A DNA stretch of 64,000 bases from Phoronis australis (lineage: Eukaryota; Animalia; Phoronida), in contig NMRA01000070.1 of NCBI GenBank assembly GCA_002633005.1, positions 292,141 to 356,140 on the forward strand, given 5' to 3'. Position 1 is the stretch's first letter, and each line of letters starts with the position of its first letter. Of this stretch, positions 39,601 to 50,913 are shown in pieces. The notes below the pieces were generated by a model. The model made no database searches. It saw nothing but the letters and a program-made list of their open reading frames with translations, and had not been told where the DNA came from. Made by a program: the position numbers and the translations under genes.

Positions 39601-40367
39601 TCACGCGAAACCATGAGCCCACGGAAGCGTTTGTAAAACAGCTGTCAAAAGTGTTGATGTTATATTCTGCCACTCCATCTCCGGATCTGCAAAGCAGCGG
39701 CGAGGATTTCTACAAATCTTCCCGAACAAAACGCTCATTGTCGGCCGTGTCAAAGGGCGAATTCGAACACCCAAGCCGTGTGAAGTTTCATTATGCCAAC
39801 GAGGACTTGATCATCGATCTGACCTACGTTATCCACGAGCGCACAGTGAGCGCCAAGACCAATGTCGAGGATACGAACATTTTGTTGTATCTGCTCCTGT
39901 TCCAAATGGAGGTGGGCTCTTCAAGTTCTCCCGGCGAGTCGTCACGTCAGGCGAGGGCGAAGCCTCGCACACTGGTCGTCACAGACTATCATCTGACTCT
40001 ACTCGACGAGGATCTGGTCAACTATCCTTTCCCAGACTTTGTAGTGGCGCCGCCCAGCGTCCAACACTATAAGGTGTTGGAGATTCGTAATGTAGAGTAC
40101 TTGAAACGTGTCGTACTCAGTGATTTCAAGTCACACGATTTGACGCTCGTCTTTTCCGACTTGACCGATGAAATCGTTGTTGACACGTCTGTGGAATACT
40201 TTGGCGCTGAGACAACATCGGCATCGTCGAGTCTTCCAATAAGGGAGATCTCGTGGGTTTTGGCAATTCAAAGCCTTAGAGACAAGGACAGGTTGCTGAA
40301 GCTGGTTTCAAGGTTGTGGAGTGAATTTCACGGAGACAAACAACTGTCAGTTCAAGTGAACGAGTAA
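18594..40367 (+). CDS. NISCH: Nischarin orthologue (PX domain, LRRs, C-terminal nischarin region); 14 exons, about 1647 aa
   Basis: Hand-joined exons 18594-18683, 21394-21477, 22031-22210, 23271-23415, 24862-25025, 25740-25835, 30051-30182, 30754-30949, 32381-32568, 32905-33021, 34316-34370, 34659-34795, 36011-36096, 37094-40367. All introns GT-AG and phase-consistent (4944 nt). Peptides follow human NISCH as recalled: [67 protein letters not shown]. Confidence 0.93.
18736..18804. other. 69-nt near-perfect hairpin in NISCH intron 1
   Basis: 31-bp arms (18736-18766 and 18774-18804), one mismatch, 7-nt loop. Confidence 0.9.
18866..19337 (-). mobile_element. TRIM (miniature LTR retrotransposon) with tRNA-like LTRs, Helenus-like, in NISCH intron 1
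   Basis: Direct repeats at 18866-19031 (TG...CA) and 19206-19337 (lacks about 20 bp). On -: PBS TGGCGTAGTCGGCA (19190-19203), complementary to the tRNA-Ser 3' end, lies 2 nt after the LTR; PPT GGAAAGGGGGGATAT (19032-19046); A-box TAGCTGAATGG and B-box GGTTCGATTCC lie inside each LTR. Confidence 0.85.
21394..21477 (+). CDS. NISCH: NISCH exon 2, PX domain ([28 protein letters not shown])
   Basis: TTTTCAG acceptor, GTAAGT donor; PX RYxxF motif. Confidence 0.93.
22031..22210 (+). CDS. NISCH: NISCH exon 3, PX domain (LVLSHGIKKSLLPGKKLFGNQ..KRQIELEVYLQ..FLDFNKY)
   Basis: CCACAG acceptor, GTAAGA donor; PX LPxK and R..LE.YL motifs. Confidence 0.93.
23271..23415 (+). CDS. NISCH: NISCH exon 4 ([24 protein letters not shown])
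   Basis: TTCCAG acceptor, GTGAGA donor; matches human EINGITAALAEELFEKGE as recalled. Not in the ORF track. Confidence 0.92.
24862..25025 (+). CDS. NISCH: NISCH exon 5 (SGDPKHDIGHVLDFLTRL..FDLSHFKGLQVLE)
   Basis: TTTGCAG acceptor, GTTGGT donor; phase 1 to 0. Confidence 0.92.
25740..25835 (+). CDS. NISCH: NISCH exon 6 (LHNCSAAKILGLDTIKRNLKKICAHRSVKAVK)
   Basis: TTTTCAG acceptor, GTAGTT donor; phase 0-0. Confidence 0.85.
30051..30182 (+). CDS. NISCH: NISCH exon 7, start of LRRs (..WSKVSWLDLSDNDVGEMDESL)
   Basis: TTCAG acceptor, GTAAGT donor; LxxLDLSxN repeat. Confidence 0.92.
30754..30949 (+). CDS. NISCH: NISCH exon 8, LRRs ([36 protein letters not shown])
   Basis: AAG acceptor, GTATGT donor; LRR consensus. 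Confidence 0.92.
32381..32568 (+). CDS. NISCH: NISCH exon 9, LRRs and LRR cap (IAKLYSLEYLD..GNPVTVVLDYRIKVLQLFGNRANE)
   Basis: TTCTAG acceptor, GTAGTA donor; LRR-cap NP...YR motif. Confidence 0.93.
32905..33021 (+). CDS. NISCH: NISCH exon 10 (VSLDNQKINEREMDTLAVLMAIQKARE..)
   Basis: CCACAG acceptor, GTGAGC donor; matches human VCLDD..EKELDTVEVLKAIQKAKE as recalled. Confidence 0.92.
33363..33604. mobile_element. Copy of the TTAA-flanked element end at 14807-15038, in NISCH intron 10
   Basis: Direct similarity to 14807-15038, ending CCACT|TTAA. Confidence 0.55.
34316..34370 (+). CDS. NISCH: NISCH exon 11 (QSVEVNIEERTESKDAAA), NAGNAG acceptor
   Basis: TGCAGCAG acceptor, GTGATT donor; supplies the phase 0 to 1 link needed by exon 12. 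Little homology support. Confidence 0.65.
34659..34795 (+). CDS. NISCH: NISCH exon 12 (TSDGETAATQSEVGTLQLKIESIREKAGEGWLQTLNALQNTPPVK)
   Basis: TTGCAG acceptor, open frame, GTGCAG donor; phase 1 to 0. Confidence 0.7.
35442..35533. repeat. 35-bp tandem repeat (about 2.6 copies) at the gap edge
   Basis: CAGTTTACACCCACGAACAAGCAAAATGCATGGCA repeated identically right after the N-run. Confidence 0.8.
36011..36096 (+). CDS. NISCH: NISCH exon 13 (VHDFDSPYVSPNLSPGPAPPTTIVLTHN)
   Basis: TTTCAG acceptor, GTGCGT donor; its phase-2 end matches the phase-2 start of the terminal exon. Confidence 0.72.
37094..40367 (+). CDS. NISCH: NISCH terminal exon (about 1090 aa)
   Basis: Lies in the 1106-aa ORF 37047-40367; CTACAG acceptor; C-terminal motifs YPSRELL, EELCHLVW, LSTRAVYFV, PRTLVVT..LLDED..YP, RLW. 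Confidence 0.95.
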
Positions 40368-42290
40368 ATTGAGTTCTTTTTTCTTTGTTTGTGTCTGAAA
40401 TTTTTTTGACAGTAAGATAAGGACCAGTGATGTGCTAAACCTGTTTCGAGAAGCTGATTTCGTGTGGTAAAGTCTCCTTGAATATTGAAAAAAATTAAAA
40501 GTCACTATAAATAATGAAATCATGAATACAGACATGCGCACGAAATATCGCAATAAAGAGTTTCTCCTCCGTCTACATATACTGAGGGTGGCGGATGTTC
40601 CTGGGAGAGACATCTTAATGTGACACCGTTCAATGACACCAATTAAACCGTCTTGGGGATCGTTTTTGGACATTAGCCCTCCGTCCCGGCATCTTATTTT
40701 TTGGCTTCATTTAGACAATCAGACGTTTTGAATTATTTTTCGATGTAGACCCCATGTAATCTACTTATCATTAATATTGATTAATTTATCGGTGCATTGA
40801 ATGGGAGAGTGGTCCCGTTCGACTAAAGTTACAGATAGTACAGCGAGATTTACATTATAACTGTGATTACCAAGACCAACTAGAACGTCATCGGGAGTGA
40901 GATGTGTTCATGTATATCTGTTGCGTGTCAAACGAAGTCGGTGCAATAACATTCAATTATTTCCGCCCTGTCCAGCAAATTGATCCGCCGTGTATAAGCG
41001 TTTTTAATAATCCCGTCTTGTGCGTCACTCCGATGTAAATTAGTTGAACAGTCATAGATTCTCCCTCGAGTGTCAATTAACTTCAACTATAACCTTTGTT
41101 TAATGTCGATTCTCGACTCTGAAGTCATTTAACTGTAAGTGCAAACTGGAACTCAGAGAGCAACTTGGACTATCGGGCAATGTTTATCAATGGAACTTAA
41201 TAAACGTAGTTTGATTTGTGATAGTTTATTGTTGAATTGAACCGGTTTTGTTGTAGTCGCAGCCTTGTATCCTGCACAGAAATATTTTCTATATAAATAT
41301 TTACTGATAGATGTCTCTGCTGGACAACTTGTTTGCCAGTCACGACATTATGTTGTCATGTAGCGATCCACGCTATTATGTCTCATTTGTAGTTAGCAGT
41401 GCAACAGTTTGTCGAATATTTTCGTAGGCTACTTTATGGTCTAATAATAGAGCGGTTTTGTTGCTCAAAAAGGTGCAGTGTACTATCCAACTACCATTTA
41501 GAATTGTTATAGGCAACGACTGTCGAGAAACAACGTGTAACGGTGGTGGCGCAGTTGCAAAGTGTTAATATTCGTTATATGATATGCTATTTGGAATTGC
41601 TTAAAACCCAGCATGTTTTCTTACCTCTTCAATCGTGTTCCATGTGAACTGGGATTCCAAAAGATTCTTAATCCCAGATCAAAATAAAATGATTCATTTA
41701 TGGCACCTCTTGTAGAAATTTGACTGGGTGATTGGGGGTTTGGTCAAAAGCCGCAATGATGTCGAGGTATAGTTCTGCTCGTTACAGAATAGCCTTTTAT
41801 TGTGGTTTGTATTATATTTCCATGCTACTTTGTTGTTATCTCGGATTTCAGTATTAATTATTACGAAGCTTAATTCATAATTTGTTTTTGTCTTCGGTTT
41901 CTCGCGTTTCGTCACGAGAGTTGTCTGCAGTTGTCATTGTACTGAATTCTTTGTCTGGTTTTCATAGTGTGATATTTATTGTCATTATTATAATTATTAT
42001 TAGTTCACGTTTAAAGCTGTATTTCGCCGCTATTTCGCTGTCGGAGTTGAATTCTTATCAAAATTAAGGCGCTTTGGAATTTCGTCTTCACTGGTCAGGC
42101 GATGCCGAGGTGATCGGTTATCTTAGTAACAATTTCTAATTGTAATACAATTAAAGCTTTAATTGTGATAAATTGAAGACTTGTAGTTTTTATTCTTTGT
42201 ATCGAGATCTAACAGTGTGAATACTCGCTGTGAGTGTACTGTGTATCACGTGTCTGACCTTACAAACTGCCTGATTAATGCTAAAAATTA

Positions 42291-42492
42291 CATGCGCGCA
42301 CCCGGGGGGGCGCTCGAAAGAGCCTCCAATTTCGCGAAGTAAGTAAAAAAGGTCCGCCTTCGAGCGACCAAAAGTCCGAGATAACTGGACAAAAGACCAC
42401 TAAATAAGCGCGAACGCACACTTCACAGTGGTGCTCCCGTTTTTATTTATTTTTTTTCAGTCCGCCCGCTGTTTTGTTAGGGTGCGCGCATG
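42291..42492. mobile_element. MITE with TIR CATGCGCGCACCC and flanking AATTA duplication; inverted family member at about 44356-44560
   Basis: 13-bp perfect TIR; AATTA on both sides; internal sequence matches 44420-44540 in reverse complement. Confidence 0.7.
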
Positions 42493-44355
42493 AATTATCG
42501 GCATTAATGCGCTCCAAAATTGAGCTCAGATGGTTCTCCGGAAGAAAAAGGAGTTTGTAATAACATTGAACGTTTTAGAAATGGCATGATAGCAATCATT
42601 TGAAAATCTGGTTAACAAACTTCGTAACAGATTATGTTTAAACAGTTACACATTCAAGATGGACGAAATCGTGTATTGCTTGGGATTGTACTCTACGCGT
42701 AAAATGCCGGCTTTGTGGCAATCAACTTTGAGCGTGGGCCACCAATAATAAGAACTGCTACTTAACTTCTTCAAGCCTCGAAATCACCTTTGAAGTCAAT
42801 TTTATGACTGTTACTGAAGCAGCCCGTGTCAAAATTTAGCATCCAATTTACAAGCCTGAACACACAAACCCTTGAATTTACCTATACCTCGAAAGTTTCA
42901 TCACGCACGTGAACCTGATTACCATTTTTGAGATGATGGTCTGAAGTTTACCAAATTTGGACGCTTTGCTAACGTCCCACTGCACTGATACAGTGTACGG
43001 GCAATTGTATGCTGAATCGGAAGTTTTTCAGCCAATCAGAGGACATAAGTATCCGCGGCCGCGTAATGATAAGCACTGTTAACTTTTACCGAGGTTAACA
43101 TGATGGTTTTCAGACCCTCAGATTGTGTTAACCTCGTCATTAACACCTTGGGGTCGGAAAACCAACGTATTCGCCGAGTGTGGACGTCAATAATTGTTTT
43201 ATTATAGGATTATATCCTCTCAGAAACTCATAGAAGGAAGCTACATTTGGTGTTTAGATCCTATTTCGATCACTCATTCGGTCAATCACCCACCGTTTTC
43301 TTTTTCATTTTTTTTTTTTACTCAAACACGTTGTTGAAAGAATGTTTTCCAGCAGATACTCGGAAAGGACAAGGGAGCAATCGATTATATACTTGGAAGA
43401 CACAAAGTTATACAACGGTCGTTTTAATGACGTGTATTGAATGTCGGTGAATCAGTTTGCTTTTGGAAAACAATCTTTTGTGCAATAATAGCGTTACAGG
43501 GGAAACTGCGATGCCTGGATGGAAATTTGCGATAACCGATTGGTTTATATTTTACGGTTATTTAAAGACACGTGTCAATGAGGTCAGAATCCAGATGACA
43601 GTCTTTAGACTTTCGAGTCTGATGTTATTTTGGTGTCACGGTGGTTTGGATCAGAAAGACACCGGAATCAAATGACGATCACTTCTCGATTAATTCGTAA
43701 ACAAGTGTTTAAAGGAGTTTAAATCGGCGTTCCCCTAGCAGCATTCAATTGCATGAGCCGTCACTAAGAATTGCATGAGCGATTAATATGGAAATCATTG
43801 ACTCCAAAATATTGATGGCTGATCATATAAATCTATACTCATATTTGGACTGACAGCGGGTTTGTAACAGATTGACGTACTATAATTATAAATTAAACAT
43901 CCTTTTGATGACGTAGATCAAAAACAAGAATTTTGTCGCCGCACCTGCAGCAGTGTTGTTGACTATACATACAAGCACAGGGACTTGCTGTTTAACACGA
44001 AGTAACATTAATGTTGCGCCAACGTTTGATTTAGGCAACGAAAATATAATCGAACTCGTGTTGTTCCGAACTCGCATTAGTAATGATTCCGAGGGTCGAG
44101 AAGAACTGAAGGGATGTTATTGACCTGGGCCTTATGGCCTGGCGACTGGTTCAATGATTTCTGCTGCCGAAGCAGCGTGGTCGTCTGGAGAATTCCTGGC
44201 GTTCTGTTGCAACACGTCTGTTTAATCAACGCGTAATTTTTCTTAATCAACGCGCACTATTGCTTGTTCAACGTCTACTTTTAGTCAGCTCATGTGGTCC
44301 AATCACGCCCGTGCTCTCAAATCTCAAACTTTACGGAAAATTTTCTACATGGGTG

Positions 44356-44560
44356 CACGCGGGCACCCAGCCTTCAATATGGGGGGCTCGAATTCCAGAC
44401 TTTGTGGACCCTTTGGTAACAAAAAAGCGGGCAGACTAAAAAGAACGGACGCACCTCTGTGAATTGCACGTTTGCGCATGTTTAGTGGACTTTTGCCTCA
44501 TTTTCTCGGATATTTTGTCTCTCTGAGGCGGACCTTTTTGCCCACCTGGGTGCGCGTATG
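44356..44560. mobile_element. MITE of the CATGCGCGCACCC family, nested in another repeat (44225-44690; relatives at about 54610 and 55100-55240)
   Basis: Imperfect TIRs CACGCGGGCACCC / GGGTGCGCGTATG, flanked by TGGGTG. Confidence 0.55.
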
Positions 44561-47500
44561 TGGGTGCAAAACAACTTTTGATTAAGTTTATCAAGCAAAA
44601 CTCCGCGTTGATTATCCAAAATTACGCGTTGATTAAGCGCATTTCAACGTGCAGAAAGATACTCGTTTAAGAATCCTTTGGCGCTTCATAATTAAAGGAC
44701 GAGAGGTGGAAGAGCAAATACGATCTTCCGTGAATGGTCCGAGTTCTATCGAGGAAAAGCGTGAACTATAAAATTTGGTGTCGCTCCATTGTCGATCTAA
44801 ATTCAGTTAAACTATAGACTTATCGTTAAACTTGCGACATGCGTTGATGAAAAACTCGTATTGAGAGCAAGAGTCTATTATTTTAGCAAAGGTCCTTCGT
44901 GACTGTTTCAGTTTTTGAGTCGATTTATGCCAAACAATAAAACTGGCGAAAGTGTCACCAACTCCACATTTTATGAATTGGCATAGGTTTGAGGAGTTTG
45001 ATGAGGCAATTTTGGTGTTACTAATTTTACACGATAATACGAAGCATGTGAAGTCGCTCCACCCTCCTCAGCAGATGTACGTCTCGCTTCCGGCGGCCAT
45101 GCACGTCATGACAAACTATAGGGCTCCGTTTCGTACACTCGAGACATTAGCAAGTGCATTGCAGCAAAATCTTTGCTTAAGGAATGGAAACTGTAAAAAT
45201 ATATCCGATAATTTAAGAATTCTATACCATAACTCAACACTCCAGCCTCACTGACCAATCACTTCCGTCAGTGGCCACCATTTCACTATTACGTTGGTTG
45301 CGTTACTAAAGTGTCGGTCACACTCGCGAAACACGTGGTCTCGCATGATCTCGCTTTTCTCGTTCTCCCGTAAGTTTTACGAATCGCACGTGCGCATCAC
45401 TACAGACCTACGCTTTTCCCCCTTCCCTTGTTTTAACAAGTTCAAATCATAGAATGAGTCTACCCTTGTGTATTTTCAACGTAAGTTCGGGTTTAATTCA
45501 CGTTTGGCAGCCAACTTGGAATATATTACACAGGATTATTGCCACAAATACTTTTAAGTCAATTTTGAAATTCTAAATTCGGAATTCTAATTTGTGTTCC
45601 TTTTGTAATAAAGCTCCAGAGTCGCTGTTACACTTTTTCTGGGAATGTTGCCCTGTACAAGATTTTTGAAAGGAATTCAGAAAAGTACTTCATAAGCGCA
45701 ACACTTAGCTTCCCAACTGTTTTTCTTACAAATGTGTTATTCTTGGATTTAATGAGGCAAAAGATTTTCTATTTAAATTTTGCTGTTACTAGCCAAACGG
45801 TAAATTTTTCTAGGGGAGATGTCACAAAAACATTCCTAATATTTACAGATTTGGGACATATGCTCAGGAGCACTGAAAAATTTATTGTGTATAAAATTTT
45901 GCTTATCTGGGAAAATTTTATTGTTAACTCCATGTAGCAGTTGCTTACTTTATACGAGAATGGTCTTTCCTGAGGTGCGCATGCGCGTGCGAATGGGTGT
46001 TTTTTATTGATTTTGATTGTACTTGTTTATCAATTACAATAAATATATATGTAAAAAATGGCAGCCATTTTGATTGTGCATCAGAAGTAATCAAGTTAAA
46101 ATATTATCCATGAAATTCTATTTTTATTGCTTACTTCAAGAAAAAAATTATGTCGAAAAAGGCAAAATTTGGAAATAAGTTTTGACTTCGGCTTAACCGG
46201 TCTGCGTTGGAACTCTTTTTTGTGGCATTTTGACTAAATGACACTGAAAGAGTTTCGTTTAAAATTAATCTGAAAACAGTGCATGGAGACTGTAAAATTC
46301 ACACATTTAAAATTTATCGAAGCTCTTAAAGCGATATGCACAACGAATAAAAAAGAAGTCACTGCTCCGCCCCAGTTTCTCGTCACACTTAAGTTTTTCC
46401 TTTTGTATATCTTGTTCACAGAAGTGTAAAAATCACAATTTTATCGATGGTTTGTCTACGAAGGCAACTTTGCCACACCGGGAACATACTCATTGACCCA
46501 AGTGCTTCAACAAATATTTTCTCCATAAGGTACTTGGCTCGAAACACGTGTAGGAACATTTTTGTTAATATAATGTGCCAGTCCAAAGTACACGACTTGC
46601 CGCTCCACGCGTATTTCTAAAAATAGACATTTTCCAGCGCCCATCATTCACAAATGAATACAAAATTAAGTAGAATCCCATATCACTTGATTTTTAATCT
46701 CCACGAGAACTTACAACCCATAAATGAATAATTAAAGCTTAAAATACAATGTTTTACAATACAATGCAATACAATACGAAACAGGACCTTATTTTAAGAT
46801 GTAATCAAATACAAGATATACAAAAATCTTGTCAAAGTGTTCAGAAAACACTGACGTCGTCATTGCAGACTGGAGTTCTTCATCGCGTAAAATTAATTCC
46901 ATTTAATTAGCTTTCGGTAATTTTACATAGACATAATTGCGCGAAACTGCGGGACCATGCTTGGGTAATTAAAAATCCCCTATAATTTTTCCGATTTATT
47001 ACACGAATCTAAAATTAAGACACCCACAAGCCGTGGAGCGATATGACGTGGCATCTGGAAGCTGCTCAAGGCATTGTTTGATACACATAGGATTTACACG
47101 CTTTCACACCAAATACTCTAACAACAGAAATAAAGAATTCTTATAAAATGTGTGCTCGTCATTGTAAATTCTCTAGCATCCAATCCATACATCCATCGTC
47201 ACTAACAACCTGCTACTGATGAAACTCAACATGTGCAGAATACTTGTTGATTCCAGAAACCTATTACGTGCAACAGGATTAAAGGTGTAACTAAACATTC
47301 TTTGACAAAGTTATGCCCTTACGTTAGCTGAATAATGAATGAAATCTGGCGACCTTTTTTAATAAAAAATGTGGTTTTCACGGAGTTTTTCTAGAAGTAA
47401 CATGAAACGAAAAAATGATTTTCTGTGATCAGCCACAACTCGTAATCGAACTTGCAATCACCGCGGTCGCAGTTTAAGGCTCTGCTGCCAAACTCAATCC

Positions 47501-49336
47501 AGTTCGATAAATGGTAGAGTGCTTTAAGCGTAGGTGTAGGTAAATACCACAGATAACATCATCACTGCTCAAAAATGGAATTAACAAAAAGTACCTGAGC
47601 AAGAGGAAAGCATAGAACAAATGAATTTTTATAGCAGAAAACAGTAATGGTAGAAAACAGCAATGGTAGATACACACGCGTGCACGCATGCGCACACACA
47701 CTTAGCTAGGTATATAAATACACGAGTAGAAAAACTCCTAACATGTGGTTTGATAGATTGTGGAATATACTTTAAGAGTTGAGCTGATTTTATTCGCGGC
47801 ATTCAGCCAGGACCACATGTCGGTGCGTGTAAAGGAGAAAGAAAGACCAGCTGTAATTGCTGGGTTTGTTGACTAATTTTGCTGAGAAATCGATGGTTGT
47901 CTGGAACCATAACATAAGACTCTCACTTGATGATTTCATTTTGAACAAAAATGACGATAGCTACAACACTCCATCAAAACTCAGTCGAGCAGACAAAAGG
48001 AAATCCATAGTACAAACCCACGCAGCTAGTCCCGTGAAATCTCTAACAAAAGAATGAAAGGGTCACGTACGGCGAGAGTTCTGTGTAGCGATCAATAACA
48101 CATGTATTTGTCATGTTTGAAAGGCATTTGACCACCTCTCTCCGGCTTATGTGGGACTTTATCTACAAGACAGTGCATTAGGCCAAATATCTACACAACT
48201 GCATAGTTTATCTCGGTTAAAGTAAATATTTTCTGGAAAAAGAAACCCTGTAGAATATCTTCTTTAACATGTTACACGACCATGTCTTTTTACCAATTTT
48301 CTAAATTATCATTTTCTTTTTGTTTTATGCAACTTTTTTATGAAAATCATGAAGGTCCTACTTTTGATGGCCCTTATGCAAAACTGGAAGATTTTGAAAA
48401 CAATTCCTCACTGCATGTTGTAAAGTGCATAAAGAATAGTATGGAGATGCTTCATGTGAATCCGACCAGCCATTTCAGAGTAAATCAATTTTGAACATTT
48501 TTTTCTAGGGTCCTGTATAACCTTAAATTGACCTAAGCAGCGCTGCCTGGAATTTTAACGCATTGTATAGATAAAACTACTACAAGAGTAACCCATTTCT
48601 GACACAAACCCGATGCGTGCATCAAGAGATAAATGTTCAGCTACATGTAGAAAAACAAAGCAACATAGCAGACCCGTTTCAGATCGCTGGCTCTTTCGAT
48701 CGATAGACATAATTCTGTCTGATACGTGTACCAACTATCTCAAATACGCCTATCTAACCGACGTGAAAGAGCCAGGGGGATGTGAAAACTTCATGCAGAC
48801 TACTTCGCATAAAATTAGTGACTTTCCAAATTACTACACTGCTTCTATAATAATTTTGTCGGAGGCGAACATTATATGCCCACTGACGTGTGGGAACTTC
48901 AATCATACAGCCAGTCCAATGACTTTTAAACTGGAGAACGATTGACATTCGTACATTTACAGTAACGTTCACCTCAGAGGACGGGGAATTTGAGGCTACG
49001 ACATTCATCTCGTAAGCCAATGTTAGCACATTATATTACTAAGATCGGGTCTAGTTATCTCCACGTGTAACCATATGCGAGTATACTTTCAGGAAACGAA
49101 TAGCATCTTGGACATCAAAAGCAATGCCAAGCGACCGTTTACGTATTCATGCTTTCCTTTCTCGTAAACTGTTGGTCTCTTTGCTGAACTATTTTTGAGC
49201 GGATTCACGAAATGTTGCCAATTTCCACGGCGTTTTGACTGGAGATCTAGGCAAAGATGGTATCTTACTTCTATGTGAGCCGATTCGTGGATGAGACGGA
49301 CTCGCCACCTGGCGTTGGTCATAAGCCAACATTAGA

Positions 49337-50913
49337 TCATGTGCTACTGCGAGGATAGGAATGTATCTGCGAGGACAGGAATGTGCCTCTTCGCTGAGCC
49401 GAAGCGCACCGTTTCTTCACTATATTTGTTAATTCTGTTGAGCGCTTGCCAGATTCACAACCCTGACGACGTGAACGACACCTACAGCAGAACACCAAGG
49501 GCTCCAATCGGATCCAAAGAGCCTTTCGGATTTTTGCGTTTCTACTCACATAAATTATTGGGTCGACTATGGGGTTCAGCAAAACAAGAGCGAAATTAGC
49601 ACTAGCCCAGTCCAAAATATTCGAGTACGAATCCGGTGTTTTTATTTTTTCTTGCGACGTCATCGATGGCGAGTAATTATTAACCATGAAAGTAATGCTG
49701 CTAGGTAGCCAACAAACAGCGAAAGAGCCGACAATAAGCAATGACGTCACTACGCTCTTGGCGCTTTTGGCGCTGCTCACTTGTTGCTTCGCCGAAACCG
49801 CGGCAAACTTTTGGTGGTTACGAATCTGATGAAAGATTACAGAATAGACTAATACCAAATCCACAAAAACGAAGCAGGCCACTCCGAACAAAACAGTGAT
49901 TGTAAGCGCAATCGACTTACGCACAGCCGTCAAGTAATCTATCGAAACGGTTGCATTTCTTGTAAAATTATCCATTGTAATATTCATAACAGACGGTTCC
50001 GACTCGGATGGAATTGCAGTTGTTGTTGTTATCGTCAGCGCATTGAAGAATGCGAGGAAACCCAATACGATGGACAAAACCCAAAGAGAACTCAATGTAA
50101 CCACCACCCGCGTTTTAGTTACAACACTGCGATGTCGAAATGGCATCGTGATGGCTATAAGACGATCACTTGCCATAGCAAATGAAGTCAACAAGACGGC
50201 ATAGTAAGCCGACATCTGCATTCCGAATATGAATAGACCAAATGCCCTTTTGCTGTCGTCGACAGGTTCTTTGAGCCACACTCTGCGAAATGTTGCGTCA
50301 CAGAGCGGATNTTATCCATTGTAATATTCATAACAGACGGTTCCGACTCGGATGGCATTGCAGTTGTTGTTGTTATCGTCAGCGCATTGAAGAATGAGAG
50401 GAAACCCAATACGATGGACAAAACCCAAAGAGAACTCAATGTAACCACCACCCGCGTTTTAGTTACAACACTGCGATGTCGAAATGGCATCGTGATGGCT
50501 ATAAGACGATCACTTGCCATAGCAAATGAAGTCAACAAGACGGCATAGTAAGCCGACATCTGCATTCCGAATATGAATAGACCAAATGCCCTTTTGCTGT
50601 CGTCGACAGGTTCTTTGAGCCACACTCTGCGAAATGTTGCGTCACAGAGCGGATCTTCAGCGACGGTTATCATTTGAAACAATGGCGAAATGAAATCCGC
50701 AAGTGATAAACTGAACAGAAATAACACCCCTGTTTCCTTTTTGTGCAAGAGACACATACCCAGCAGAGCTATAACGTTTGCTAAGAGCCCTGCACAACTT
50801 AATACTCCGTAAATAATGGCAGATATACGACAGTTTTCCAAATATATGCATTTGTATGGTCCAGACATATACGTCGTTGAATTAGTAAAATTCCAGTCGC
50901 AAGTTACTTCCAT
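49337..50913 (-). CDS. Intronless rhodopsin-like (class A) orphan GPCR, about 410 aa once the duplicated overlap is collapsed
   Basis: TM1 LLANV, TM2 LSLADF, TM3 SDRLIAI..P, TM4 Trp, TM6 FAVCWLP, TM7 NPIVDPIIY. Removing the 344-nt duplication gives a continuous 1233-nt ORF. Confidence 0.88.
49968..50654. other. 343-bp direct duplication across a single N (likely an assembly/haplotype overlap)
   Basis: 49968-50310 is repeated at 50312-50654 with two substitutions noticed (GGAATT/GGCATT; TGCGAG/TGAGAG), separated by the N at 50311. Confidence 0.85.

Noticed and set aside
49337-50913. Two tandem GPCR genes (314 aa and 241 aa)
   Set aside because: They are overlapping halves of one receptor joined at a single N.
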